A DNA stretch of 32,000 bases from an uncultured Erysipelotrichaceae bacterium (GCA_942492995.1 OW818653.1:60001-92000); one strand, 5' to 3'. Counted from the first letter of the stretch, positions 1 through 9,187 are shown. The notes: generated by a model from the sequence alone, not told the origin. A program made the numbers and translations.

Positions 1-842
1 GTCTATTAATCGGTTGTTCATCAGGTAATAATTCAGAAACAGATACAGATAATGTCGCTAACAATGATAATAACCAAAATACGAATACAGGAGATAAAAC
101 GATAGACTCATTGAATATTGGTGATAAGATTGTCGATCCAAATTGGACTTGGGAATTTAGAAGAGGATATGGTTACACAGTATATGCTGATAATGAACAA
201 ACTGCACCTGTTGTTTGGATTGTGGTTGCGAAGAATCATTATATGAAAGATTCTGTCACATTAATCGCAGAAAACTTATTAGGCTTTAACTTCTATGACA
301 CTACACTCATGAGCGGTATGTTAGCTGGACACAATCATTGGGGTAATAGTGGACTTAATGGCTCTACTGGATTAAGACCATGGTTAAACTCTACCGATCA
401 ACATTCAACGGATGGATTCTATAATGCGTTTTCATCAGACTTCAAAGGAATCATTCTTGCGACGAGTATAGAGAACATTAATGAAGAAGGATTGTCATAT
501 ACATCTACAGATAATGTATTTATCCCTTCACACACAGAACTTGGTTTAACAGACCATACCAATACCTATGAAATTGGATCAAGTTATGAATATTTTGTTG
601 GGGCTGATTATCTTAAATTACGCTCTAAAATACTTGGAGATAGCTGGGAAGAAGAGTACTGGACACGATCACCTTATGTGGATGGATATCGAGTTGTAGG
701 TATGATATCTGACAGTGGATTGTATGTAAACACATTCGCAGATTTTGATAATATAGGTGTTAGACCAGTTATTAATGTGACGATTAATACAAAAATATCG
801 AATGAAATGAATGATAATGGAGTATACGAAATCATGTATTAA
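1..842 (+). CDS. Lipoprotein, 5'-partial (start lies upstream of the window), with a DUF6273-like C-terminal domain
   Basis: The frame of the 111..842 ORF is open back to nt 3 and reads LLIGCSSGNNSETDTD..., i.e. a lipobox (L-I-G-C) followed by a low-complexity N/D/T linker. The TTG at 111 is therefore internal. The C-terminal part has YWTRSP and GVRPVINV motifs, which I recall as typical of DUF6273-type Firmicute surface proteins. Stop at 840-842. Confidence 0.6.
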   Translation, partial: LLIGCSSGNNSETDTDNVANNDNNQNTNTGDKTIDSLNIGDKIVDPNWTWEFRRGYGYTVYADNEQTAPVVWIVVAKNHYMKDSVTLIAENLLGFNFYDTTLMSGMLAGHNHWGNSGLNGSTGLRPWLNSTDQHSTDGFYNAFSSDFKGIILATSIENINEEGLSYTSTDNVFIPSHTELGLTDHTNTYEIGSSYEYFVGADYLKLRSKILGDSWEEEYWTRSPYVDGYRVVGMISDSGLYVNTFADFDNIGVRPVINVTINTKISNEMNDNGVYEIMY

Positions 843-862
843 AAAGGGGCGAAAACCCCTTT
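843..862. terminator. Bidirectional intrinsic terminator between convergent genes
   Basis: AAAGGGG-CGAAAA-CCCCTTT hairpin with flanking A and T runs, placed between the stops at 842 (+) and 865 (-). Confidence 0.7.
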
Positions 863-864
863 AA

Positions 865-1443
865 TTATAACTGTGTAATTCTCTTACCATTTTTAGCCAA
901 CTCAACAATTCGTTTTATTCTATTTATTCGTGTTTCATTACGTTTAGCTTGATTTATCCAGTAAAGTAATTGAATTTTATCACTACTTGAATATGAATTA
1001 AATGTAGATAATGCATCACTTGATGTACTTAATTCATCCATTAAATCATCTGGTATTATTATAGGATCTCGTGTCCAATATGCCGCATCCCATGCGCCAG
1101 ATTGTTTCGCAATTTCAACCATTTCTAAACCTTTAGGTCGCATCTGATTCAACTTAATTAATTCTTCTACATAGTTTCGATTAATCATTGACCAGACACT
1201 ACTAGATTTGCGTTTTGTACAACGTATCATGAAATAATCTTCATCAATTTTATTAACTCTACCATCAATCCAACCATATTTTAACATCTCAATAACCGCA
1301 TCTTTTAATCGAATTCCAGGTTTCATTGATTTAATCTTTTTAATTCTTAGCCATACGATGATGTCATTTAAATGGTTATGTTCTAACCAATTATTCCATT
1401 GTTCAATCGTATCGAAATCTAATTTAATTTCATTTGGTTTCAT
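865..1443 (-). CDS. YdeI/OmpD-associated family protein (DUF1801-like)
   Basis: 192-aa ORF. Family-typical pattern W..WL..NH......W(L)...K........I...DA......YGWIDG and a C-terminal YW(I)..AKR.ETR..RI...V.. Confidence 0.7.
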   Translation of the reverse strand: MKPNEIKLDFDTIEQWNNWLEHNHLNDIIVWLRIKKIKSMKPGIRLKDAVIEMLKYGWIDGRVNKIDEDYFMIRCTKRKSSSVWSMINRNYVEELIKLNQMRPKGLEMVEIAKQSGAWDAAYWTRDPIIIPDDLMDELSTSSDALSTFNSYSSSDKIQLLYWINQAKRNETRINRIKRIVELAKNGKRITQL

Positions 1444-1572
1444 TTTTAATCCTTATAATCAACAGATCGATTAATCCAATTATAATATCAAAATGATAGT
1501 TGGGCATAATTATTATCTTTTCTATGACATGTGATAGGATATGCTTAAGGACAAAATCCAAAGGAGCTTATA

Positions 1573-1953
1573 ATGAACATATTCGTAAAAGAAGTTTCTT
1601 TATCGTTTGATGAAACAATTGAAAAACTAACAAAGAATTTAGCAGAAGAAAAGTTTGGCGTTCTTTCAACAATTCCACTCTCGGAAAAATTCAGAGATAA
1701 AGGGTTAGACTTTGAGGGTCGTTTGACTATACTTGATGTATGTAATCCAATCGAAGCATTCAGTGTATATAAAATTGATCCACTCGCTGTCAATTTCTTA
1801 CCATGTAAATTTGTAATACGTGAATCTAACAGACAAGTCACAATTGAAATGATTCGCCCAACAGATTTAATCGCATTAATGCCTAATGAATCACTGTTAA
1901 AGTTTGCGCGCGTAATAGAAGACAAATTAATTGCGGTTTGTACATCTATTTAG
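1573..1953 (+). CDS. DUF302 domain-containing protein
   Basis: 126-aa ORF preceded by the RBS AAAGGAG 7 nt upstream. Size and pattern (..F..T...L...L...GF.V......S..........ILD.CNP) are typical of DUF302. The antisense ORF 1545..1925 is treated as a shadow. Confidence 0.65.
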   Translation: MNIFVKEVSLSFDETIEKLTKNLAEEKFGVLSTIPLSEKFRDKGLDFEGRLTILDVCNPIEAFSVYKIDPLAVNFLPCKFVIRESNRQVTIEMIRPTDLIALMPNESLLKFARVIEDKLIAVCTSI

Positions 1954-1971
1954 TTTGATTAAATAAGAAAT

Positions 1972-2598
1972 ATGCGAAAAATAATAGTTAGTAATATGAT
2001 TACAATCGATGGATTGTATGAAGGTAAGGATCATAATTTAGATTCATTATTCGAGTATTTTCATCCGGATTATCAAAATGATGAAACAATGGACAACTAT
2101 AATCTAAATTTATTAAATACATCTGATATTCTGTTATTTAGTGGAAAAGATGCGTTTCTAGGTTTTAAATCTTACTGGCAGAATCTTTACTCACAATCCA
2201 ACGTACATGAAGTTAGAATTCAAATTTCGAAAAGGATGAACCAAATACGTAAAATAGTTGTATCAGATAAAATCGATATGACTGATTTCGGTGATTGGCA
2301 AAATACAGAGATTATTCGTATCCATGAATTAGCACAAAAACTATCAAGTTTAAAAAATGAAATTGGAAATGATCTGTTAATTCTAGGTGGTAGAACATTA
2401 TGGAATTCACTTATTGATTATGCGTTAATCGATGAATTACATTTCATGGTATTTCCATTAATGGCGTTTGTTGGTGTACCTTTATTAACATCTAAGAAGA
2501 AAGCTTATTTAAAGCTTATTGACTCACAAACATGGAAAGACTCAGGAATTGTAAGAATAAGTTATAATGTTGAATACGAAAAAGATATCATAAAATAA
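1972..2598 (+). CDS. Dihydrofolate reductase family protein (RibD C-terminal domain-like)
   Basis: 208-aa ORF. N-terminal MRKIIVSNMITIDG and C-terminal LLILGGRTLWNSL...LIDELHFMVFP are characteristic of the RibD_C/YwjB-type reductase family. Confidence 0.65.
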   Translation: MRKIIVSNMITIDGLYEGKDHNLDSLFEYFHPDYQNDETMDNYNLNLLNTSDILLFSGKDAFLGFKSYWQNLYSQSNVHEVRIQISKRMNQIRKIVVSDKIDMTDFGDWQNTEIIRIHELAQKLSSLKNEIGNDLLILGGRTLWNSLIDYALIDELHFMVFPLMAFVGVPLLTSKKKAYLKLIDSQTWKDSGIVRISYNVEYEKDIIK

Positions 2599-2615
2599 TA
2601 AAAATTATCCAAAAT

Positions 2616-2647
2616 AAAACCCTTTTAATCAAAAGGGTTATTTTATT
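2616..2647. terminator. Bidirectional intrinsic terminator
   Basis: AACCCTTTT-AATC-AAAAGGGTT hairpin (2618-2639) flanked by an A-run and by ATTTTATT. It sits between the DHFR-family stop and the 3' end of the minus-strand tRNA. Confidence 0.75.
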
Positions 2648-2650
2648 AAT

Positions 2651-2724
2651 TGGCAGGGGTAGTAGGAGTTGAACCCACATCAGCGGTTTTGGAGACCGAC
2701 ATTCTACCATTGAACTATACCCCT
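2651..2724 (-). tRNA. trnW: tRNA-Trp (anticodon CCA), with genomically encoded 3' CCA
   Basis: The reverse complement reads AGGGGTATAGTTCAATGGTAGAATGTCGGTCTCCAAAACCGCTGATGTGGGTTCAACTCCTACTACCCCTGCCA. It has a 7-bp acceptor stem AGGGGTA/TACCCCT, a D-loop AGTTCAATGGTAGA, an anticodon loop CT-CCA-AA and a T-arm GTGGGTTCAACTCCTAC. Confidence 0.93.
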
Positions 2725-2736
2725 AAACGCTCATTT

Positions 2737-2765
2737 ATAATAACATACCCGATTGTCCATTTCAA
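2737..2765 (-). promoter_or_regulatory. Sigma-A-type promoter for tRNA-Trp
   Basis: Minus strand reads TTGAAA-N17-TATTAT, ending about 12 nt upstream of the mature tRNA 5' end. Confidence 0.55.
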
Positions 2766-2784
2766 CTAGAATTAGGCTTGGAAT

Positions 2785-3324
2785 ATGAGTATAATTAAGT
2801 TAATGAAAACGATCATGGACGAAAACAGTATCGCTCGTACACTTGTACGAATGACGCATGAAATTATTGAAAAAAACAAAGGTGTTGAAAATCTTGTTTT
2901 AGTAGGCATAAAGACAAGAGGAGAGACAATCGCGAATAGAATTGCACAAAATATCAAACGATTTGAAGGAGTCGATGTATTAACAGTTGGATTTGATATC
3001 CGGTATTGGCGCGATGATATTGATAAAACAGGTATAAACAAACCAGAGTATGATTTGGATTTGAATCATAAAACGGTTGTATTAATTGATGATGTATTGT
3101 ACAAAGGCAGAACGGTAAGAGCTGCGATGGATGGTGTTATGTCATTTGGTCGACCTCAATCCATACAGTTAGCGGTATTAGTTGATCGAGGGCATCGCGA
3201 ATTACCGATCAGAGCGGATGTTGTAGGGAAGAATGTACCAACCGCTACAGAAGAATCGGTAAAGGTAACGTTACTTGAAGTGGATGGAAGTGAAGCGGTT
3301 ATCATCTTGGAAAGGAACGATTAA
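2785..3324 (+). CDS. pyrR: Bifunctional pyr-operon regulator / uracil phosphoribosyltransferase PyrR
   Basis: Colinear by eye with B. subtilis PyrR: I.D...I.R.L.R..HE.IE.NKG......VGIKTRG, VVLIDDVLYKGRTVRAAMD, QLAVLVDRGHRELPIRAD. Start uncertain. Homology and a TATAAT at 2790-2795 favour the ATG at 2803 (MKTIMDEN...) over the longest-ORF ATG at 2785. Confidence 0.88.
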   Translation: MSIIKLMKTIMDENSIARTLVRMTHEIIEKNKGVENLVLVGIKTRGETIANRIAQNIKRFEGVDVLTVGFDIRYWRDDIDKTGINKPEYDLDLNHKTVVLIDDVLYKGRTVRAAMDGVMSFGRPQSIQLAVLVDRGHRELPIRADVVGKNVPTATEESVKVTLLEVDGSEAVIILERND

Positions 3325-3325
3325 C

Positions 3326-4132
3326 ATGGAAATCTTTATCATCCTTTCTTTTTTTTGTTTAGTCGTACTATACTACTATTTTCCATCACGTAGAATAAAG
3401 AAAACCGATCTTGGCTTATCACACTATGCACATCGTGGTTTATATAATCATGGAACAGATATTCCTGAGAATAGTATGATGGCATTTCGTAAAGCGAAAC
3501 ATCTTGGTTATGGGTGTGAACTAGATCTACAATGTACAAAAGATGGAAAAGTAGTCGTGTTTCATGATGACAATTTGTTCAGAATGACAGGATTTGATGG
3601 GATATTAGAATCACTAAATTATTCTGATATTAAAGATTTAAAACTTAATCATACCGAAGAAAGAATTCCTCTCTTTAAAGATGTGTTGGATTTAGAACTA
3701 AAAGAATTAGTCATTGAAATTAAGTCCACAAAAGCACGCAGTAAAATAATTCTTGCGGTATTAAAAGAACTAAAATCATATCGTGGTAAATTTAGCATCT
3801 GTAGTTTTGATCCACTTATATTATTAGAATTTAAACGCCAAGCTCCGATGATCTATCGAGGTTTAATTATGGAATATACAAATTCATCGAATAAAATGCC
3901 TTTCTATCAAAGATGGGTTTTAAATTATGGTTTATTGAATCGGTTTATTCGTCCAGATTATATATCGATGAATTATAAAGATATCAATTGTGTATATCGT
4001 TTATTTAGGTTGTTAGGTGGTCGTACATTAGTTTGGACAGTTAATGATATAAAAATAGAATCTGATTTAAAAGGGAATGTGGAAGGAATTATTTTCGAAA
4101 ATTATTTACCAAACACAAAAAACAATGTGTAA
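3326..4132 (+). CDS. Glycerophosphodiester phosphodiesterase family protein with an N-terminal TM helix
   Basis: GDPD signature HRG....ENS..AF..A...G...ELD...TKDGKVVVFHDDNL. I chose the ATG at 3326 (2 nt after the pyrR stop, GGAAAGGAA upstream) rather than the ORF-track start at 3275, which overlaps pyrR. The N-terminus IFIILSFFCLVVLYYYF is hydrophobic. Confidence 0.78.
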   Translation: MEIFIILSFFCLVVLYYYFPSRRIKKTDLGLSHYAHRGLYNHGTDIPENSMMAFRKAKHLGYGCELDLQCTKDGKVVVFHDDNLFRMTGFDGILESLNYSDIKDLKLNHTEERIPLFKDVLDLELKELVIEIKSTKARSKIILAVLKELKSYRGKFSICSFDPLILLEFKRQAPMIYRGLIMEYTNSSNKMPFYQRWVLNYGLLNRFIRPDYISMNYKDINCVYRLFRLLGGRTLVWTVNDIKIESDLKGNVEGIIFENYLPNTKNNV

Positions 4133-4162
4133 TTTATGTGAAAAGTGATAGAATAGTAAATT

Positions 4163-5575
4163 GTGAACAACATGACAATAATAAACAAACTATTTGGTGT
4201 AGAAAACTTAATTCCTAAGAAGTATCAAACCCAACCTTTACCTACGAGTAAAGAAATTTATCAAAAAACGTTAAAAATAGCTTGGCCTTCCGCAATGGAG
4301 GCTATTTTAATTAGTTTGATTGGTGCAGTTGATATGATGATGGTTGGTGGCTTAGGTACAAATGCGATTGCGGCAGTTGGGATAACTACTCAACCTAAAT
4401 TTTTAATCATGGCATTTGTGTTTGCGTTAAACACAGGAGTTACGGTGGTCGTTTCGCGTCGTAAAGGGGCTAACAATCAAGAAGGTGCTCGTAAGGCACT
4501 AAGAAATGCATTAATTCTAAGTGTAGGAATTTCTCTGATTAGTACATTAGTAGGAATCTTGTTTTCTAGAGAAATATTGATGTTCTCAGGGGCAAATCTA
4601 GATTATATTAATGATGCGATGATCTATTTTAATATCGTGTTAATTGGGAACTTCTTTTATCTAATAAGCTTAACAATGACAGCGGCACAACGTGGTGTTG
4701 GTAATACAAAAATATCCCTAATCACAAATGTTAGTGCGAATGTTGTAAATATTATATTTAACTATCTTCTTATCAACGGAATCTGGATCTTCCCTCGATG
4801 GGGTGTTGCAGGGGCAGCGGTTGCGACCGCAATGGGTAATGTAGTATCACTCATCTTAGCAACCTATAATCTATCCAATAAGGATAACTTCTTACATGTT
4901 AACTTCAAACAAGATTGGAGTTTCGATAGAGATACTCTTGTATCAATATGGAAAATTTCTTCATCATCCTTAATTGAACAAGTCTTTATTCGTATCGGTT
5001 TTATGATGTATGCGAAAGCAGTTGCGGGATTAGGTACACTTCAATTTGCGACACATTATATAGTAATGCAAGTTATGAGTATAACATTTAGTGCTGGTGA
5101 CGGATTATCGATTGCGACTTCATCACTTGTTGGTCAAAGTCTTGGGGCTAAACGAACAGATTTAGCGTATATTCATGGAAAAGTTTCGCAGAGAATCGGT
5201 ATGGTTATTTCATTTAGTTTAGCCGTACTCATTCTAATTAATCGATATTTAATTATTTCTTTATTCAGTACTGATGTGGAAATTATAAATCTTGGAGCGA
5301 GTATTTTGATAATACTTTGTTTCATCATACAGTTCCAAATTGCACAAGTTATTACAGTTGGTAGTTTGCGAGGTGCTGGAGATGTTAAATTTGTCGCGAT
5401 GCTTTCTTTAGTAAGTGTTACAATTCTTCGTCCTATACTTACATTCTTCTTAGCGTATACTTTAAACTTTGGTTTATATGGTGCTTGGTTCAGTGTCGTT
5501 TTCGACCAAATGATTCGATATTACGTTGGAAGATATCGATTTAAAAAAGCCGAATGGGTTAAGATAGAAGTTTAA
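4163..5575 (+). CDS. MATE family efflux transporter
   Basis: 470-aa polytopic membrane protein with MATE-typical repeats (...P.....Q.L...D....G.LG..A.AAV...). Start is ambiguous (GTG 4163 or ATG 4172) and there is no clear SD. An extended -10 TGATAGAAT at 4146-4154 lies just upstream. Confidence 0.8.
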   Translation: MNNMTIINKLFGVENLIPKKYQTQPLPTSKEIYQKTLKIAWPSAMEAILISLIGAVDMMMVGGLGTNAIAAVGITTQPKFLIMAFVFALNTGVTVVVSRRKGANNQEGARKALRNALILSVGISLISTLVGILFSREILMFSGANLDYINDAMIYFNIVLIGNFFYLISLTMTAAQRGVGNTKISLITNVSANVVNIIFNYLLINGIWIFPRWGVAGAAVATAMGNVVSLILATYNLSNKDNFLHVNFKQDWSFDRDTLVSIWKISSSSLIEQVFIRIGFMMYAKAVAGLGTLQFATHYIVMQVMSITFSAGDGLSIATSSLVGQSLGAKRTDLAYIHGKVSQRIGMVISFSLAVLILINRYLIISLFSTDVEIINLGASILIILCFIIQFQIAQVITVGSLRGAGDVKFVAMLSLVSVTILRPILTFFLAYTLNFGLYGAWFSVVFDQMIRYYVGRYRFKKAEWVKIEV

Positions 5576-5589
5576 AATTTAGGTCACAC

Positions 5590-5612
5590 TATACCCCTGA
5601 ATGGGGTATAAT
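5590..5612 (+). promoter_or_regulatory. Perfect palindrome TATACCCC-TGAAT-GGGGTATA overlapping a TATAAT -10 box (CsoR-operator-like), upstream of PFOR
   Basis: 8-bp perfect arms at 5590-5597 and 5603-5610. TATAAT at 5607-5612, RBS AAGGAGG at 5627-5633 and ATG at 5640. It has the same half-sites and the same overlap with the -10 box as the cop promoter palindrome at 13182-13202. Confidence 0.5.
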
Positions 5613-5639
5613 TATATATGGCAAATAAGGAGGACATCT

Positions 5640-8600
5640 ATGTCTAAAAGATTTATGACAATGGATGGCAATAACGCTACTGCACATGTTGCATATGCGT
5701 TTACAGAAGTTGCGGCCATCTATCCTATTACCCCTTCTTCAACGATGGCAGAACTCGTTGATGCGTGGGCAAGTCAAGGCAGAAAGAATTTATTTGGTTC
5801 TGTAGTTAAGGTTGTAGAAATGCAATCTGAAGCAGGTGCAGCGGGTGCTGTTCACGGTGCTTTACAAGGTGGTACTTTAGCTTCCACATTCACGGCGTCA
5901 CAAGGTTTATTATTGATGATTCCAAACATTTATAAATGGGTAGGGGAATTAATTCCTGGTGTTATCCATGTATCAGCACGTTCTTTAGCGACTCGTGCAT
6001 TATCTATCTTCGGTGATCACCAAGATATTTATGCGATTCGCCAAACTGGCGCTCCAATGATTTCATCTCATTCTGTACAAGAAGCGATGGATTTAGCTGG
6101 TGTTGCACATTTAACTGCGATTAAAGCAAGTGTTCCTGTTATTCACTTCTTTGATGGTTTCAGAACTTCACATGAAATTCAAAAGATTGAAGTTATTGAT
6201 ACAGATAAGTTAAAAGAATGGATTGATAAAGATGGATTAGAACGTTTCCGTGCTAATGCATTAAATCCACATACAAATCCAGTTACACGTGGTGGTGCTG
6301 AAAACGATGACGTTTACTTCCAAGCACGTGAAGCTCAAAACTTACATTACGCTAATGTTCTACCTGTTGTGGAAGAATACTTCGCAAAAGTATCTGAATT
6401 AACAGGCCGTCACTATGCGCCATTTGTATACTATGGTGCAGAAGATGCGACACGCGTTATCATCGCAATGGGTTCAGTTACTGAAACCGCAAAAGAAGTT
6501 GTGGATGAACTAAATAAAAGAGGCGAAAAAGTTGGTCTTGTAAAAGTTCACCTATACCGTCCTTTCTCAACTGATCACCTATTAAATGTACTTCCTAAGA
6601 CTGTAACGCATGTTGCAGTTATGGATCGTACAAAGGAAATGGGTTCTCATGAACCTCTATTCTTAGATGTTCACCAATCATTAGTTAACCAAAATAATAT
6701 CAAACTAATCATTGGCGGTCGTTATGGTTTATCAAGTAAAGATACTCAACCTAAAGATATTAAAGCTGTTTATGATCACTTGTTCTCCAACAATCCATTT
6801 GATGGTTTCACCATCTCTATTAATGACGATGTTACATTCAAATCATTAAAGACAGATGATACGTTCGAAGTTGAAACTGATTATACTTCATGTTTATTCT
6901 ATGGTTTAGGATCTGATGGTACTGTAAGTGCTAATAAGAACTCCATTAAGATTATTGGGGATCATACTGACTTATATAGCCAAGCTTATTTTGCGTATGA
7001 CTCAAAGAAAGCTGGTGGTGTTACACGTTCATTCTTACGTTTCGGACCAAGTCCAATTCGTTCAACATATTATGTTAACAACGCTGATTTGATTTCATGT
7101 TCATTGGATTCATTCTTAGTTCGTTATGATATGATTAAGAACCTTAAAAAAGGTGGAACATTCCTACTTAATACAGCTTATAAGAGAGAAGAAATTGAAG
7201 CACAATTACCAAATCGTGTTAAGAAACAATTAGCGGATAAACAAGCTAAGTTCTATATTATTGATGCGACTAAGATTGCGGAAGAAATTGGTATGGGTCG
7301 TAGAACAAATACGATTCTTCAATCATCATTCTTCGCATTAGCAGATAAGATTCTACCTTATGATAAAGCTCTTGGTTATATGAAAGAAATGGCGTACAAG
7401 TCATATTCTAAAAAAGGCGAAGAAGTTGTTGAATTAAACTATAAGGCAATTGATGAAGGTAAGAATGGATTAATCCAAATAGAAGTTAAACCTGAATGGT
7501 CAAGCTTAAATGTGACTCGTACTCGTCGTACAACAGGTGATGAATACTTCGATAAGCATGTTGATGTGATCAATGGATTAGATGGCTATGATATGCCAGT
7601 TTCATCATTTACGAAATATGGACTATTAAATGGTTCATTTAGAAATAACGTAGCGTTCTCAGAACACCGTGCGATCGCAACACAAGTTCCAATGTGGCAT
7701 GAAGAGAATTGTATCCAATGTGGATTCTGTTCATTCGTATGTCCACATGCGACTATTCGTACATTCCTATTAGATGATAATGAAATCAAGAATGCGCCAA
7801 TGGAATTCGCAACATTACCAGCTGTTGGTAAGGGTGTTGAAAACTTGAAGTTCCGTGTCATGATTTCACCTGATAACTGTGTTGGTTGTGGATTATGTGT
7901 AGTCGAATGTCCAGGTAAGGGTGGTAAGAAAGCTCTTACGATGGAAGACGTACATGATCGTATCCATGAAGCTCCTTTAGCTGATTATATCTTTAAGAAA
8001 ACAACATACAAATCAGAATTTATGCCTACAGATTCAATTAAGGGTTCCCAATTCTTAATGCCTTACTTTGAAGTATCTGGTGCTTGTGCTGGTTGTGGTG
8101 AAACACCTTACTACCGTTTAGTTTCTCAATTATTCGGTCGTGATATGATGATTGCCAATGCGACAGGTTGTACATCCATTTATTGTGGATCTGCTCCTTC
8201 AACTCCATTTGTTACAGATAAAGACGGTGAAGGTATTGCATGGGGTAACTCATTATTTGAAGACAATGCGGAATATGGTTATGGTATGAAAGTTGCTCAA
8301 GAATTTAAGGCTAATCGTATCGTTCAAATCTTATCTGAAATTAATGAATCTGCAGAAGGTGATGTAAAAGTCGCAATTGATGCGTATTTAAATGTTAAGG
8401 GTAATCGTAATGAAGAAAGATTAGTTGTTAAAGAACTTGTTAAAGCACTTGAAAAATCAACTCACCCACGTGTCAATGAAGTCTTAGAAATGAAACGTGA
8501 TTTAGTTTCTAACTCTGTATGGATCGTTGGTGGCGATGGTTGGGCTTATGACATCGGTTACGGTGGATTAGACCATGTTATTGCGAATAACTTAAATGTA

Positions 8601-9149
8601 AACATTATGATTCTTGATACAGAAGTTTACTCAAATACAGGCGGACAATCTTCTAAATCTTCTCAAGCAGCTTCTATTGCGAAGTTTGCGGCTGGTGGTA
8701 AACCAACAGCTAAGAAAGACTTAGGACAAATTGCGATGACGTATGGTCACGTATATGTTGCGTCTATCTCAATGGGTGCTAACCGTATGCAAACAATTAA
8801 GGCTTTAAAAGAAGCTGAAGCATATGAAGGACCATCTGTTATATTAGCGTACTCTCCATGTATCGAACATGGAATTAAGGGTGGTTTATCCAATCACCAA
8901 GTTCAACAAAAGAAAGCTGTTGAATGTGGTTACTGGACACTCTACCGTTTCAATCCAAACAATGTTGAAAAACCATTAACGATTGATTCAAAAGAACCTG
9001 ATTTCACTAAGTTCAGAGAATTCGTAATGAACGAAACTCGTTTCAATCAATTACCATTCATTAACGCTGACCAAGCTGAATTCTTACTCTCTAAGAGTGA
9101 AGAAGATGCGAAGAAACGTTATACTCGATTAGTTAAATTAGCAGTATAA
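5640..9149 (+). CDS. nifJ: Pyruvate:ferredoxin (flavodoxin) oxidoreductase, NifJ-type single-polypeptide PFOR
   Basis: About 1170 aa. Two ferredoxin-type motifs (CIQCGFCSFVCP and CVGCGLCVVECP), a third cluster region CAGCGETPY and the TPP-binding GGDGWAYDIGYGGLDH. Start set at ATG 5640 behind AAGGAGG; the ORF-track extension to 5601 runs through the promoter. Confidence 0.93.
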   Translation: MSKRFMTMDGNNATAHVAYAFTEVAAIYPITPSSTMAELVDAWASQGRKNLFGSVVKVVEMQSEAGAAGAVHGALQGGTLASTFTASQGLLLMIPNIYKWVGELIPGVIHVSARSLATRALSIFGDHQDIYAIRQTGAPMISSHSVQEAMDLAGVAHLTAIKASVPVIHFFDGFRTSHEIQKIEVIDTDKLKEWIDKDGLERFRANALNPHTNPVTRGGAENDDVYFQAREAQNLHYANVLPVVEEYFAKVSELTGRHYAPFVYYGAEDATRVIIAMGSVTETAKEVVDELNKRGEKVGLVKVHLYRPFSTDHLLNVLPKTVTHVAVMDRTKEMGSHEPLFLDVHQSLVNQNNIKLIIGGRYGLSSKDTQPKDIKAVYDHLFSNNPFDGFTISINDDVTFKSLKTDDTFEVETDYTSCLFYGLGSDGTVSANKNSIKIIGDHTDLYSQAYFAYDSKKAGGVTRSFLRFGPSPIRSTYYVNNADLISCSLDSFLVRYDMIKNLKKGGTFLLNTAYKREEIEAQLPNRVKKQLADKQAKFYIIDATKIAEEIGMGRRTNTILQSSFFALADKILPYDKALGYMKEMAYKSYSKKGEEVVELNYKAIDEGKNGLIQIEVKPEWSSLNVTRTRRTTGDEYFDKHVDVINGLDGYDMPVSSFTKYGLLNGSFRNNVAFSEHRAIATQVPMWHEENCIQCGFCSFVCPHATIRTFLLDDNEIKNAPMEFATLPAVGKGVENLKFRVMISPDNCVGCGLCVVECPGKGGKKALTMEDVHDRIHEAPLADYIFKKTTYKSEFMPTDSIKGSQFLMPYFEVSGACAGCGETPYYRLVSQLFGRDMMIANATGCTSIYCGSAPSTPFVTDKDGEGIAWGNSLFEDNAEYGYGMKVAQEFKANRIVQILSEINESAEGDVKVAIDAYLNVKGNRNEERLVVKELVKALEKSTHPRVNEVLEMKRDLVSNSVWIVGGDGWAYDIGYGGLDHVIANNLNVNIMILDTEVYSNTGGQSSKSSQAASIAKFAAGGKPTAKKDLGQIAMTYGHVYVASISMGANRMQTIKALKEAEAYEGPSVILAYSPCIEHGIKGGLSNHQVQQKKAVECGYWTLYRFNPNNVEKPLTIDSKEPDFTKFREFVMNETRFNQLPFINADQAEFLLSKSEEDAKKRYTRLVKLAV

Positions 9150-9153
9150 TTCT

Positions 9154-9187
9154 AAAGGATAACTTATAAAAGTTATCCTTTTTTTCT
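9154..9187 (+). terminator. Intrinsic terminator of nifJ
   Basis: AAAGGATAACTT-ATAA-AAGTTATCCTTT hairpin followed by TTTTCTT. Confidence 0.85.

Noticed and set aside
1545-1925. 126-aa minus-strand ORF almost exactly antisense to the DUF302 gene
   Set aside because: The plus-strand ORF has a good RBS and a recognisable family pattern. The antisense product is low-complexity (S/I/N-rich) with no motifs, which is typical of a shadow ORF in AT-rich DNA.
5601-5639. N-terminal extensions offered by the ORF track (nifJ from 5601, copZ from 13150, copA from 13361, GDPD from 3275, leuS from 29122)
   Set aside because: Each extension runs through a promoter, operator or terminator or deep into the upstream gene, and it precedes an internal ATG or TTG with a proper RBS where family homology begins.
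7586-7861. 91-aa antisense ORF inside nifJ. The same applies to the ORFs at 2772..3041, 3339..3539, 10362..10562, 12607..12816, 13275..13466, 14647..14985, 22289..22513, 23317..23547, 25796..25993, 26018..26317, 28581..28808 and 30677..30886, and to the same-strand out-of-frame ORF at 21438..21641.
   Set aside because: All are fully embedded in confidently identified genes, lack RBS and recognisable motifs, and have odd compositions. I treat them as non-coding frame shadows.
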